From positions 9,052,001 to 9,116,000 of the forward strand of contig OZ176052.1 of NCBI GenBank assembly GCA_964247055.1: a stretch of DNA of 64,000 nt, given 5' to 3'. The stretch is from Paragordius varius. Its lineage: Eukaryota > Animalia > Nematomorpha. Position numbers and translations under genes: made by a program. The notes below the pieces were generated by a model. The model did no database searches. It was given only the letters and a program-made list of their open reading frames with translations, and was not told the DNA's origin. Below, in pieces: positions 1 to 14,000 of the stretch; the first letter of the stretch is position 1; every line of letters begins with the position of its first letter.

Positions 1-86
1 ATCTAAGTATCAATATGCTCAAAGGGTAATTTTAAAGCACTCTTAGGACCGCATGCGGCCCGTGGGCCGCGGTTTGAGTACCACTG
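1..86. mobile_element. Right end of a hAT (Charlie/Buster-like) non-autonomous element, truncated by the window edge
   Basis: GC-rich end ...GGACCGCATGCGGCCCGTGGGCCGCGGTTTGAGTACCACTG (reverse complement begins CAGTGGTACTCAAACCGCGGCCC), followed by CTCTAGAA (87-94), which matches the NTCTAGAN target preference of Charlie-type hATs. Confidence 0.65.
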
Positions 87-94
87 CTCTAGAA

Positions 95-391
95 CGCGGG
101 CGGCAACTTGCCACTTCCAATCTATGTGCAGCCGCAAAAAATTTGGACATTCAAAATTTGCAAAATTATGCTCACAAATCTTTAAAATTGATATTTCGCA
201 TAAAAAATTCTAAAAAAGTCATTTAATTGTCAAAACGAACAAGCTAACAATGTTTTCTATATGTATTTTACTTTCTTACGTTTGGAATCAAGCAAAATAT
301 TTATGAATGCCTTCATAAAAATTTGAACTACGGCTTAGATTTTTTGAGTCGAATATGCGGCCCGTGCAGCCATTTATGTTAGCCACTCCTG
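95..391. mobile_element. ~300-bp hAT-type MITE (family A)
   Basis: Right terminus ATGTTAGCCACTCCTG; degenerate left terminus; flanked by CTCTAGAA and AACTAGAA. Internal blocks (GCAAAATTATGCTCACAAATC...AAATTGATATTTCGCATAA; TTTATGAATGCC) are shared with the copy at 5104-5391. Confidence 0.6.
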
Positions 392-429
392 AACTAGAAT
401 TTGTAAAAAAATAAGCTTTTTAACTAATA

Positions 430-860
430 CAGGAGAACAATGTAAATAATTAAATTTAAAAAACTTTCAGTATTTATTTAAAAGATTGAGCTATGAGATA
501 TAAAATGGCCCCAACGCAGGCGAAAAGAAAGATTATGTCAATATATTAAAAATTGAAAAATTTAAATTGATGAATGCACTCTAGAAGTTAAAAAAATATA
601 AATCCAATTTTTATCTATTACAGAAAAAAATAACCAAAACAACTTTCAAAACAGTACAACTATTTTAAGTGGACCAGAAAACTATCCCATGTCATCAAAA
701 TTTTAAGTGTCAACACTCCATTACTTTGTCTCAAAGCGATTTTAAAGAATATTTTAAAAAGTATTTAGGTATTAAGGCGATAAATATGTAAATTTAGCGT
801 TTTAGGCGCTGTAAAAAATTCTCTTCTCAAACTTTTTTGCCGTCATTTTTTTCTATATTT
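430..860. repeat. Degenerate dispersed repeat related to the 1445-2135 element
   Basis: GGAGAACAATGT...TTTATTTAAAAGATTGAGCTATGAGATATA (~432-500) resembles ~2036-2115 directly. AAAAAGTATTTAGGTATTAAGGCG...TTTTTTGCCGTCAT (~757-846) resembles the reverse complement of ~1745-1830. Confidence 0.45.
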
Positions 861-1444
861 TTTAACACCAAGATGCAGGCACATTCATATTCTTCGATTC
901 GAATTGGGGTAGTTGGATACCGACCTGTTTAAAATTAAATACCTTAAAAAATTTGGAAGGATTCGAAACCATGGCAAAATTTTGCACTTTTATAAAACTA
1001 ATGAACCATAATATAAAAAACAATTCATACAAAATACTTGGTAGTTTTTAAGGTAAAATCCAAAGGTAAAAATTCAGTCAACGTAATATGTGACATTGCT
1101 TAAATTGAAAATAATTTATAATCCCTTTTTCTACTTCTATCAATATTAGATGTAATTTAAATAAAATTCTAGATTTAATTTTACCTTTAAAAGAAAAGAC
1201 GATATTTTGCAAAAATTTTGTAAGATAAAAATAGCGTCGAAGTAGTTTGACATGGAACTTATTCAAAATGAAATTTTACTTAGATATTTTCGGTTATTTA
1301 TATAATTTTTTTAGAAGCTAAAATTTAAATAGGAATCGTTTCCTTCAATATTTTTATATAAACATATAATTAAATTTAGTGTACGGTATTTAGATACCCC
1401 AAATTGAATAAAAGTGTTAATATGACCTTTTTTATAGCATACCC

Positions 1445-2135
1445 TTGGAGTAGTTTTATATCCCAGAACTCAATTTTGTAAATAAACTACAGTTTTAGAT
1501 ATTATTTTAGCTATAACTTAACAAACATTGTTTTCATGTATTAGATAACAAAGCCTTTACTTTGTACAGTTTTCTTACTTCTATAGTGTGATGGGAGAGC
1601 CCTAAATCACTATCAAAACGAACTAGCTGATAAAATATATCAAGTCTTTGCAAAGTAGCCTGTAACTTAAGTTAATTATTCATATTCGTTAACTATATAC
1701 ATTTATTTACCTGTTACATTTGCGATCTATAAAATTTATAAAACTAAATGGCGGCAAAAAATTGTATAATGCGCTTAAAGTCTAAAGCATACTTTTAGAT
1801 TCGGCCTAAAACCTTAAATACTTTTTAGGATATTTAAATTTCAAACCGCCCTGGGATATAAAACAGCCCCAAAAGGTATAAAAGTTTAACATGCAAATAA
1901 TGTATATAATGGTTAAAAAATATAAATAATATAGGCTACATTTTACCAGCCAAAACTTGATATAATTTTATAAAGATAAGCCAGTTTCGATTGTTTTTTG
2001 GAGCTGCCCTAGTAGATAGACACAAAACTGTAAAGGAGAACAATGTTTTATAATTTATTAACTAAATTAATTATCAACACTGTAGTTTATTTAAAAATTT
2101 GAGCTCTGGGATATAGAAGTACCCCAATTAACTTG
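1445..2135. repeat. Old element with ~200-bp diverged inverted arms
   Basis: Arm ~1450-1665 (CCCAGAACTCAATTTTGTAAATAAACTACAGT...TATATCAAGTCTTTGCAAAGTAGCCT) is the approximate reverse complement of ~1930-2130 (AGGCTAC...AACTTGATATA...ACTGTAGTTTATTTAAAAATTTGAGCTCTGGG). Confidence 0.5.
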
Positions 2136-5103
2136 GACAAAAAAGTAAAAAGGTAATAATGTATTTATTCAAAAAACCAAAACCTTTTTAACAATTTGTA
2201 TAAATTAAATACGAAAATAGAAAAAATCAAAACCAATTTTTTTAAATGTGAAAATATATATAGTGTTGAAATCAATTTAAATTTTTATTTTTAAGCTTTT
2301 GGGCCGTGATTTAAGCACCAATAATATAGCAATTATTTTGATATATCCAGTAAAGGCAAGAATTTTAGACTTTGCACCCTTTCTCAATTAATCCAATATA
2401 AAAATTACGTGATTATTATACACTATAATATTGCCTTTATCATGTTTAGCAGCTAAAACAGTAAAATGAGATCTAACAGCCCTTTTTTATAACCACCTCT
2501 ACCCTATTTAAAATACGCTTCCAATCAAAAAATCGTGTTTTATAAGAAGACAGTTGAGATTGTATATAATCAATTAATTAATGATGGTATCAAATGAGAA
2601 ACGCGTGTACTTTACTAAATATATTGTGCAAAATATTTTTAACGAGTCTATACTTTGTGCATTGCGTAACGTGCGACATTTTCCCAAATAAAAATAATTA
2701 TTTTTTATCGGATAGATGTTTTATTATTAAGCACTTTTTTAAAAATCGTACCAAATATTAAAATTTATATCAATTTAATTTGCATGGATAAAAAGGCAAC
2801 AATAATATGGCAAATATTTTTTCATCAAACCATAAAATGCGTGCATGCTATTTCAAATCGTCTCCAATTCGAAACATTCGGACCGGATAAGTATTTAATT
2901 ATCTTAAAACTTTGTCTGACAAAAATAATATATTAACACCAAATCATTTAAAACAGTTTTAGCATACATGGCATTAAATTTATATAATTATATTCAATAA
3001 TATAATCATTAAAAGATTAATTTTAAATCATTATATTTTTCAAAAACATAGTTCAAGCTTATGAGATGTATCAATTTGTCACTATAAATTATATAATTTT
3101 ATTTTTGATGTTTTGTACCATAACAAAAGGATTTTATCAAGTACAATTATAATTCGATCTTATATAAAATTTTGAGTACATCTTGAGAATCATATTTTAT
3201 GGTAAGTGAAATCCCTTATTTTGTTTCCTCTTGCGTTGTTGAGGAAAATGCAATAATAGTTTTGGCTATTCTCAAACAATACATATATTGAATTTTTTCC
3301 GATATATAAAGAATGGTTTTTCAAGTTGTTTTAAATTATAATTTTACAACTACATGCTAATTTTTTTTATTATTTGTCCAGCATCCTTAAAATTAAAAAA
3401 TAAAATATACATTTTAATAATTGAGTAGAATTAGTTTGATCTATTCTGTATGTATAGCATTTAAACATCGGAATATTATTGTGAACCCAAAAGAATAGGG
3501 ACACGGTTTCACAATTTAACTTGTGTGATATATTATAATTAGTTAGCCACTGTTAGATAATACTATGGACGACACTGTCATTTTTAGCGTTAATAAAGTC
3601 GCAAAAGATTTTGCACCAACGTTTGACAAAAACATGTTAATTTATCCCGCTAAATATAAAATGTTTATAAAAATTACACTATTTCAAACGCAAAAGGTCT
3701 ACTATTTTTTACAATCATCTATTTATAGGTATTTTTCCACTCCATGTTTCACTATACTTCACATATGGGTGGATCAAATTGGATAGGTTTAATATGTTAT
3801 ATTTATTAAAATCAAAAACCATACATGGTTAAGATAAATTATCAATCTTTTTTACCACATTTGGAAGAATATTTATCTAATATTACGTACCCATTATATG
3901 CATCCAAATGTTTTTTCGGTTAAGAACTTGTAAAAAATTTAGCTTTTAATTTTATAATCTCATATTTTTATTCATATATGTAACATCTCTTATAATCTAT
4001 GAGCTATTAGATTTGTGACTAATTACGTTTTGATTCGTGATGTACTTTGGTATTTAGTGGTCATTTTTTAGATATAGCTTTTGATGTCATTTAAATTAAT
4101 TCATAAATGTTATAAAAATCGTTGATTTATTTTAACAGATGTTCTTTGATCATTTTTTGTCTTTCAATAAGTCTTACAATTAAATTTTGGATATAAATTG
4201 GGCATAAATATATACATTATCCAATACTAAAAATAACGGTAGTACCACCACTTTGGTTTATACACATGTTATGTTTTTTATTTAAATATTCAACAAGGGG
4301 TCTCATGTCTTAAATTTTATGACTTTTTTTGACATTATACAAATAATGGCGTAGGTACGAACTCTAAATTTAAATTTGTACAACTAATTTTATTACACCA
4401 CCTCTTATGTGGTTATTATTGAAATTGTGTTTGAGGTGCCCCTTAAAAATTTATTGCCCTTTGTATATTTTTGTAACCCAAAATAATTTTTTTAATATAC
4501 AGTATGATTAAGTATATATTGCTAGAAATTTATTAATTACAGCTAAAAGAATTATTATTGGTTAATAATAGTAAAAAGTGAAAAATAATTATAAGCCAAT
4601 AATACTGCCCTTTGTTGTATATGCTGGTTGGCAATAAGAAACAACTTTCTAGAAAAATATACTTACTCCTACTGTATATATTGGGTGGAAACTGTGCTTT
4701 CTATAGCATCTTAGGGATATTTCTGAAATTTGACAGCAAATTACAAATAATGTTCAACGTTAACTCTTTTTGTGAAATCTGTCTTAATCTTATTTTTAAC
4801 AAAATGTTTAAAAATTAGAGCGTTTTTTGTGATTATATTTTATCAAAATTCTGAATGATTTTTTTTATACAATTTTAATCTTTCAAACAAAAAATACCCC
4901 AAAATGCATTCCTGCATAAATTTTTTGAACTAAGTTTTCAAATTAAGCACCTCCACTAAATAATTTAATAAATTTCGATATTGGATTGGGGAGAGTTTTA
5001 TTGATTTTGGACTATATTACGAAATGCAAATAGTATAATGAAATTGAAAAATTATTTTTGCACATCCAATTTTTTTATTTCATGCGAATATTTTAATGAA
5101 CTT

Positions 5104-5391
5104 CTGGGGTGTTTAACACGCGGGCCGCATGCGGCTCTCCGTGACTTTTTGGACCGCCTCTGAAGGAAATTTATAATTTGCAAAAATATGCTGACAAAAT
5201 CTTAGCGAAATTGATATTTCTCATAATTATTTGTAAAGAAATCTATCCAATTGGCAAAAAACTAGAAAAAAATGTAATATTGCGATGGAATTTTGAAGTC
5301 TTATGTTTAAAATTTATAAATTATTTATGAATGTCCATATAATGTATATTTCGATTGCGGCCCGCGAAGTTATTTGTGTTGGACACCCCTG
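5104..5391. mobile_element. ~290-bp hAT-type MITE (family A)
   Basis: Termini CTGGGGTGTTTAAC...GTTGGACACCCCTG with subterminal CGCGGGCCGCATGCGGC and GCGGCCCGCG; internal similarity to 95-391; TSD not preserved. Confidence 0.7.
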
Positions 5392-7725
5392 TATTAGTTC
5401 CTTGATTCTGGACAATAGAAGAGCTTTCATGTATATATATTTTATTATAATGACTGATTTTTTTGAAAAATTATTGATCGAAGTTTACTTATTTAAATAT
5501 AAATTTAAACGAATCAATAATATCAAGGACAGTTAATGTGGAGAATGTGCCCAAAAGATAATATTTGACCTGATCAAATTCTAAAAATTTCAATTTTAGC
5601 TTACTCTGGATATGCCTGGTGATTTTTTCAATTTAAATGTTGTTGTAACTGTAGCAAAGTTCGTCTATTCTATTAAACGGATATTTTAATTTAATTTAAA
5701 CTCTTGCTAGTTTAATATAAATGAATGATAATGTTAAGTAGGTTCTAACTGTGTTATCAAATGCGATGCACTTAACCATGTTAGTAAATCTTTAACATAT
5801 AAATGCATACATTTTTTTACTTACTATAAATTAATATGAATGGTTTACCATATCATTTGTTTTTCAAGAAAATGTGTAGTTAACTTTAAAAGATTCGTCG
5901 ATACAGCTAATATATTATAATTTAATTAGGAAAACAAATAGCGGGATAGAAAGAGAGATAGAGAGTGGTTTGATATATTAATTTTAATTTTCTTTCTGCT
6001 TATTTGTACTTTTTACTAAATAAGTGTTTTTTATTTTGCTCCTTCTTATACAGTTCTAATACTAAACAAATGCTGTTAATTAACCTCAAACAATTAATTA
6101 TTGTTATTTTAAGCTATAACGATGCTTTTAATTTAAAAACAAATATATAATTTTATCTCTGTTTTTAAACATGTTAGTTGATAGCCAAATTATAGTTTTA
6201 AGTTTGATTTTTATTATCTTATTAGATACTGAAATTAGCTGTAATAATTTATTAAGTTTTGCTGTTTACATCGCTTTTTTCATCTCAAATTTAAACCTTT
6301 ATTTACATATTATAAAATTTGTGGATTCTTACATTATATTTTTTCGTTTAAAAATAATTTTATAGCGGCAATTTTATCGGCAACTTTAACTCTATTGTTT
6401 AGTTTTTTATTATTATTCCACAACCTCTTTATATTGTGTAATTAAATGTGACAGGTTTTTTTAATAATGAATAAATAACTTTAATATAATTAAAATAAAC
6501 ATATTGTATTATTAATTATACAACGATTATTATTATTATTATCTTATTAAAATAATCAAAAATTTATAAAATATAATTTTCTTACTAAAAGCACAAACAA
6601 GCCTAATAAAGTCAATAAACTTTGTAGTAGTATAATCATTATATAACATGTATAGTTACGCCACACTGCACATTTTATTTTCACATTTGACATTATAATA
6701 CCTATACCGTCTTGCCATTTCTCTATTAATAATATCAAAAATCAATTGCTTTTGCCCTTTTTATAATCTTATCTAAAAAATGTAATCTAAAATCCAATTT
6801 GGTCTTTTACTTTTGACCCAAAAATATTTACTAATAATAATAATTATTTTATTGAGAGATAAGGTTTAAGCATTAATTTATTTTACTTCACATTATTGGA
6901 TAATGTTAATGCCTTTCACAGTAGGGTATGGTAATAAACAACAATTGGTTCAAATGAAACAATATATTTCCTATGTTTAACATTGATTTTGTTTATTTAA
7001 TTATATATGCGGACAAACTCTTTTTTTACCATACGCTACTTTATTACATAATATATTTTTTTCTTCAAAGTTTTGTATATAATAAGTTAAATTTGTTATT
7101 CCCTGTAATTATAAAATAATATATATATTATCACACTTGTCACATGAAATGTAGTATGCTGCAATAGTTTTCACACAAAAAGTTTTCTCTCACAATATTT
7201 TTTACCTTATAACTCTTCTTGGTATAATAAATTTGCTAATATTACATAATTATGAATTGATTAATGCTAAATTATTATTTTTTTTTGTATGCGTATACTG
7301 AATGAATAGGCTGATATATTGAGGTTCACATTAATAATTTAAGGTGTATTTTTTGCTAAATTCTACTGCATTTTTTTTTTAAATTTTATTTTCTTCTTTT
7401 TCGTTTTGTAATTTTGTTTATAGTTAGTTAATAATTAATAAATATGATCATATATTTATTTGACAGAGGATTCCTATAATTATTATTGTGATTTTATAAA
7501 TATTTTGGTTAATATATTTTATACTTTACCCATTATTATTAATCCTTATTTTGTCATTCTTTAATTGTTGATGAGCCAAAAATAATTTTTTCTATCCCGG
7601 TTAACTGTAATTTACAGATTATTATTTTGCTAACTTTGCCATATGATAGATATACTATCATCGTGTTTGTTTAACATTTTATCTAATCATTTCATTTTGG
7701 TTTAGTATTATTTTTACAATTGCAG

Positions 7726-7769
7726 CACACAAAATTTATGCAATATAAAACTACACACCTTGTTTGTGA
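7726..7769 (+). other. Probable 5'-UTR exon of the ASPP gene
   Basis: Acceptor TTTTTACAATTGCAG (7725) and canonical donor GTAAGT at 7770; the next acceptor TTTTTTAG at 7940 precedes the first coding exon. Confidence 0.45.
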
Positions 7770-8074
7770 GTAAGTACTAAATACATCATTGATTACTTCC
7801 TAATTACCTGAGTAGATAATAAAATGATTCTTTCGTGTGTATTGTATTTAATGTTTTTTGAAAGTTGAAACCATAAATTATCATTATTCGTATTATTTAT
7901 TTTGTTCCCGATTTAACCCAAATATTTTTTAATTTTTTAGGTTGGGATTTTCGCATATGTATATAATATGATAAAAAATAATCTTGTTTTAAACTCAATG
8001 TTCTCACCAAATATTTTCATCATTCAATTATTGTGAACGAAAGATCAACTTCAGTTATTGGTGCTCATAACACT

Positions 8075-11000
8075 ATGATACTCGGAAATGCTAATTTATT
8101 AAACTCATATCACAATACTAATCAACATCATGGGATACTGGCACCATCAAACCTTACAAATGGCAGATTGATTAACAAAGCCTTTGAAAGCTCCAAAATA
8201 TTAGATTGTAAGTTATTATTTGCTGATGTTTATGGCTTTCTATTTAAACCATGTGATAATTTCTTATTTTTCAGTAATTGGGAGATTAAAGCATAATTGT
8301 TATTTTTTTAAGAATCTGAATTTAATAATAATATCATTAGTCATACCATTAGATTGTATGAAGGACATTCTTTATTAGAATTGCCTGTATTTTCCAAGCT
8401 CATGTAATTTATCATCATCAAATTAGAATGGATAGATTTTGACATTTTATTCTTATTAAACACCTTTATACTCAAACAACGTTATATGAAAATTATGTTG
8501 AACATAAAGTTTGTATACAATTTTGAAGTTTTCAATCATTAAAATTTTATTGGGACAGATATTTATACCTAATATAAAAGGACGGCAATTACATAAATGG
8601 GGATTTTTAATACAAATATTATATACTCCAAACATTTCACAATTTTTTTTATCAAAATCTAATCCACACCTGCATGTGATGATTCTGCATTCTTAAAATC
8701 CTAAACTAACTGGGATGTGGTTCTAGATGGTTAAATTTTACAAAAGAAATTATCTTAATTCCTGTGAAGTAAAAAGTTTATTTATAATGGCGCATATAGT
8801 TGGTAAAACAAGTAGCCAAATCTTGATATAAACATTGTAAATATGACAGACAGCCTTATATGATGTTGAAATAAAATATTGTTCTATTTAACTGTTTAGC
8901 TTCATCATCGGACAGTTTAACCATTTCATCATCTGTTGGGACTCATACTTCACCTCACACCAAATCAAGCGAACCACAAAATGGTGAACAGTTAACTACA
9001 AGTCCCTCCCCCTACTCCTCTTCAAATTCTCCTCTCTCATCATTATCACCCGCTGAGCAGGGTTCGCAACTTTCTTTGTTGTCACCAACAAATGGAACTT
9101 CCACTCCAAACACTTCGTTTGTTACGACCGTGGAATTGACTGCTAATCTAACACTTCAAAATAATGATGTGATTGAAGGTACGACTGTGTTTGCTTTTTA
9201 GTAAACATGTTTGATTATCTTTTTTAACTGTGAACAAGTTCTTTTAATGTTTAAGCGATTGAATTATGTTTGAATATTAATAGATTGAATATTATGGCAT
9301 TAGTTGTATTATCTATTTTTTTCAGATAATGTGTCAGTTGATAACAACAAACACGTATGCACTTCAGATCATAAAAACAGGACAGCCACGCAATTTCGAT
9401 TAAGTTATTGTTCTGCCGTAGATAATTCATCGTTTATGACAATGCCATCATCAGAGCCAAAATATAGCAAAGAAAACCTTTGTGAAGAGTTTGAAAACAA
9501 CATTGTTGGTGATAACACAGATTCTATGTTTGAATTAGATTATAGCTTGGATCAAATGGTATGATTTAAGAATTGGTTTTTAAATTATTTTCAGGTATAA
9601 AATTTAAATTATTTAGGAGCAATACCTACAAACTTTACCCCTTGATGAACTTAAACGAATATCTACCATTCAGCATGAAGAGATTTTGGTGCGATATCGT
9701 CAACTTTTGCGTAATCCCGAATTACAAAACACAATTAATAAAGCCATCAAGGTGCAAAAAGCCAATGATAAAACTATGGTTAATAAATGTAGAACGCCGA
9801 TTTCTTTGCCTTCACAAAATTGGGGAAAAGGTTTTTTATTATACGAATAATTTGCCGTTCATTTTGATTGGTGTTGGCTTTAACATATTAGAGTTTGGCG
9901 GAATATACCTTATGAAGTTCTATTAACCTTTTGAATGAAATTTACAGTTGTGAATGCGTAGATTTATTTCTACGTACGCATATTGTTATGTTATTTTTAT
10001 GTTGTTATCACAACTTTTATACAAACCATGGTGGACTGTAATTTATTTATTGATGCAGATAAACGTTATTTTTTGTAAATATCATTTTTACTTACCTTTT
10101 TATATTAATTATATAGAGGTCCGTTCTTGGATCCCGGCAAGGAATGTGAATGTTAACGATTTATTATTAAAACTTAAAGAGCTTAATGTCCAGCTTGCCC
10201 ATGTCAAGAACAAAAAAGTTTTAACAAATACCAACGCAACTATGGTTTCATCTCCACTAAAAACTAACATGAAGAATAATTTTTGCGACCAACACGAGAT
10301 ATTAAAAACTAAATATCAAAGTCACATGCGTTACCCAGTTCCTGATATCGAGGCTCTTAAAGAACTGTACAAGGTAAAACCTTTTAGCATATTCATTTAC
10401 ATAGATGTTAAATAAGTTAACAATTATTTTTTGACATAATACATCAATTTTAATGGTTAGCTTTTATTCTTAGAATAACGCTCCATACTTTTTTCATACT
10501 AACCATCTTCTTAAACTTTGCTTATGATTTTTTATAATAAACAACGTTTTTCACTGATCAGCCCATGCTTGTAATCATGTAATTTTCAAAAATATGTAGT
10601 TTTGTACCTGCTAAACGTACCACAATTATTATTAGCTGTAATAAAAAATAAAATTTTTATCAAACAATCGCTTTTGGTTTAAATTTAAGCTAAAGCGCTT
10701 TTATATAATTATTTACGCATAATTTTATCGAAAACAAGATATACTTGTAATATAATCTTTGTAAAATTTTAATAAAAATTAATAATAAGTAGAAATTTTA
10801 GATCACATAATACTAAATATACATATTATTTAGATTTTAGTTGGTACTTTATTTATATGTTAAAAAGGATATTTAATATAAACTTCAAAGCTTTTATTTC
10901 TAATTTCAGAGCAAAGAGAAGATTTACATTAAACAGAATGAAAAAATATCACAACATCAACGTTTTCTCCTTCAATTACAAACTGAATTATCAGGGTTGG

Positions 11001-14000
11001 TTAAAAAACTGGAAAAAACATCTAAACAAGTCTATGATACCGAAATTTTGGCTTCCCAGCCATCCAAACAAATAAATTTAGACAAAACAGCTTGTAGATC
11101 TCATATTGATAATAGCTATCAGGGTTCTTTAATTACTTCTAAAGACCCTAATTTAACAAATTCAAACAAAACTATAAATCATACAAATAATTCAGTTAAA
11201 GGGTTATCCAACACATTTGCCTTTAATAATTTATCAATCGAAAATCCTGTTAAAACTATTGAAGCTTCGAGTGATATAAATAAAATCTCACAACAATTAA
11301 TTAATTTAACGACTAAAGAACCGATTGCAACAGAAATACATGAAATTTCACCGGATCAACAATTCAAAACGTACATTCATAAAGAAGAAACAAAAGATTC
11401 GGATTCAAATCGGTAATATTATTTTTCTAAATCTATTTTATCGATTTCTAATTTACATGTTAATAAAAGAAATAATTTTTATATAGGTTAAATACATCCA
11501 TAAATAGCTTTACTATTTCACCCGTCGTAACAGCGTCATATTTTCCAACCCCCGATTCTGGTGTAAATGAAAACAAATTGGAAGATAAACTATCGATTTG
11601 TGAGCCATGCCATGAGAATGATTATACTAAATCGGAAAAAACCCAATTCAATCAATGCGACAATGCAAAACATTTAAGACACATAGATGAAAACAATTTT
11701 GAAAAACTAATTGAAAATCTGCCCAAAATAACGACTACCACAATCCCAAATTTTACGAATCTAACTATGAGCCGTATGGAAAAGTTTCATTTTAATCCCC
11801 ATTCGGTGAAAAGTGTACGGAGACGTCATAGTTATGCAGAACCCGAACCTTATATCCTGGAATCACAATTGATAACAAACAACGCACCCTTCATCATTAT
11901 TACATCTACAGATTTTCAGTTGCAAAAGGAACAACCAATTAACCCTAATCTTTGTAATACAACATCCAAACTCACTATGATGTTTAATAAATCGCCGACT
12001 CCTCTTTCATCTTATGCCGATATTATTAAGGGAAAATGCAATAATTCACATAATTATTCACCCATTATGGAAAGTGATAATAAGTATAAGACTTTAAATG
12101 CAACAAAAGATTTTGATGTCTCACAATTTGATAATTTTTCCAAAGATATAATTTTAAACGATCAAACTGATAACAGACAAAATCGGCATGAAACATCACA
12201 AATTATGATGAATACAATATATACTTCAAACGCCGTTGAAAATGGCAAAAATAACCTTAATTTTACTAAACTTTACACCGATAATATGGATAAAACAATG
12301 GATGACAATATTAATAAAGATGTAACTGTTACATTGGATAGCCAAGGTAATTTGTTTTTTGTCACTTTTTGTACAATACAATATTTTATACATAATTATG
12401 ACGTTTTTTTACATTTTTTATAATGCATTATAGAAAAAAGTATGAAACAGAACGAAGATGAGATTAAAGAAACTTACAAAATAAATCAATGCAAAATTGA
12501 CGCCATATTATCGCCTATATCACTAAATAATGTGGACTATTCGAATTCCAATTCAAAATCTATCATATACACTGAATCACAAAATTCTGCTTCAAGTCTG
12601 CATCTGAATGATAACAAAAATGATAAATCTAACAACATACAAAATCACACTAGAGATTTGCTTAACTCTCCGTTAAATTCTATATTTACCAATTTGGATG
12701 ATTATGAAGCCACTTCATACATTAGTGATGAACCATTCAAAATACCTCGTTCAACTTTGCTTCTCACAGCTTTAGTTGACCATAACGTACAATCGACTTT
12801 ATCTCATCCAACAACATCTTTTTCGACTGGTTAAATATTTATTTGTTTGTAACATAACACAAAATAATTGATTACTTATATTGTAATATTTACCTATGAG
12901 TAAGTTGAATGTCTTCTCGTAAAAAATTTATTTTATACCTCTTATCAAAGATACTAAAAAGGTTTCTTTTTATTTGATAAATTGCTGGTGTGCTGTTCAG
13001 TAAATTAAATATAAATTTTTTACTTATTAGATAACCTGATCTCAAATCAATCGCACTCACAATCTTTGCTTAGTGATAACAAACCTGATGGTAGCTTTTC
13101 ACCCGAAAACAATTTTTCTTTTAATGATACCATCTTACAAATTGAACCCATTTCTCCTGATCCTAAACTTAAATCTTGCTTAAAAAAGGGTGGAACTTCT
13201 ACACAATCCAAAAAATCGTCAAACCTTACTACTTTTTCCACCACCAATATAGGTGTAATGTCCCCTTGTCGACGTGTTTCATTTGACCCTCTAGCTTTAC
13301 TGTTGGACGCAGCACTGGAGGGCGAATACGATTTGGTTGTTTCATCGGCCAATAAAGTATTTGATTTTGTTGTAAAAAATATTTAAACTGCGCAAAAATT
13401 GAAATTTTTAGTCATTTTAGTAAAATTTATTAATAAAACTTCTGTTTTAAACAGTTATAAGCGTAGTTTTGGGTTCGAGTTTATTCACTTCGGTTTTAGG
13501 TCATCGGAAGGGCCTATTGCTGGATAGACGATGCTACTAAATATTACAAATATTAAAATTATAATTTTTATATAAATAATTAGTTACCTTTGTTCCAATA
13601 TATCATTCTTTCTTTTTCTTTCCTAGTTCAGCACGGCAAAGCGAATGAATAATAAAATAGATATAATGTTGCGTTTATTAGCTATTTATCCAAAAAAAAC
13701 AAATAAATTATAGTTATACCCTTTAAATTTTTTAAATTTTAGTAGTGATAAATACAATGAAGATTTATAAATACTTTAAGTATATTCGGATATTATGGCA
13801 GGGAGGTAGTTTGCTTTATAATTTATGGTAAATGTTTATATATTGAATGCGGGCTTGTTTATTTAAATTTTTTTGTCTTTGTGGGATTTTTTAATATTTC
13901 AATGAGCGTAGTTGATAAGGAAATTAAAAATATAAATATTTTACTGTGTATCAATCAACTCGGATACTCATTATGTCCTTGAACACTTCAAGTTGGTCTT

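Noticed and set aside
9573-9926. ORF-track proteins 9573-9926, 10857-11075, 15812-16033 and 49772-50047
   Set aside because: Off-frame overlays of real ASPP or MYT1 exons.
13047-13352. Minus-strand ORFs at 13047, 14650, 15455, 47844, 51476, 53133, 54590, 57643 and 59843
   Set aside because: Antisense shadows of plus-strand coding exons with no recognisable homology.
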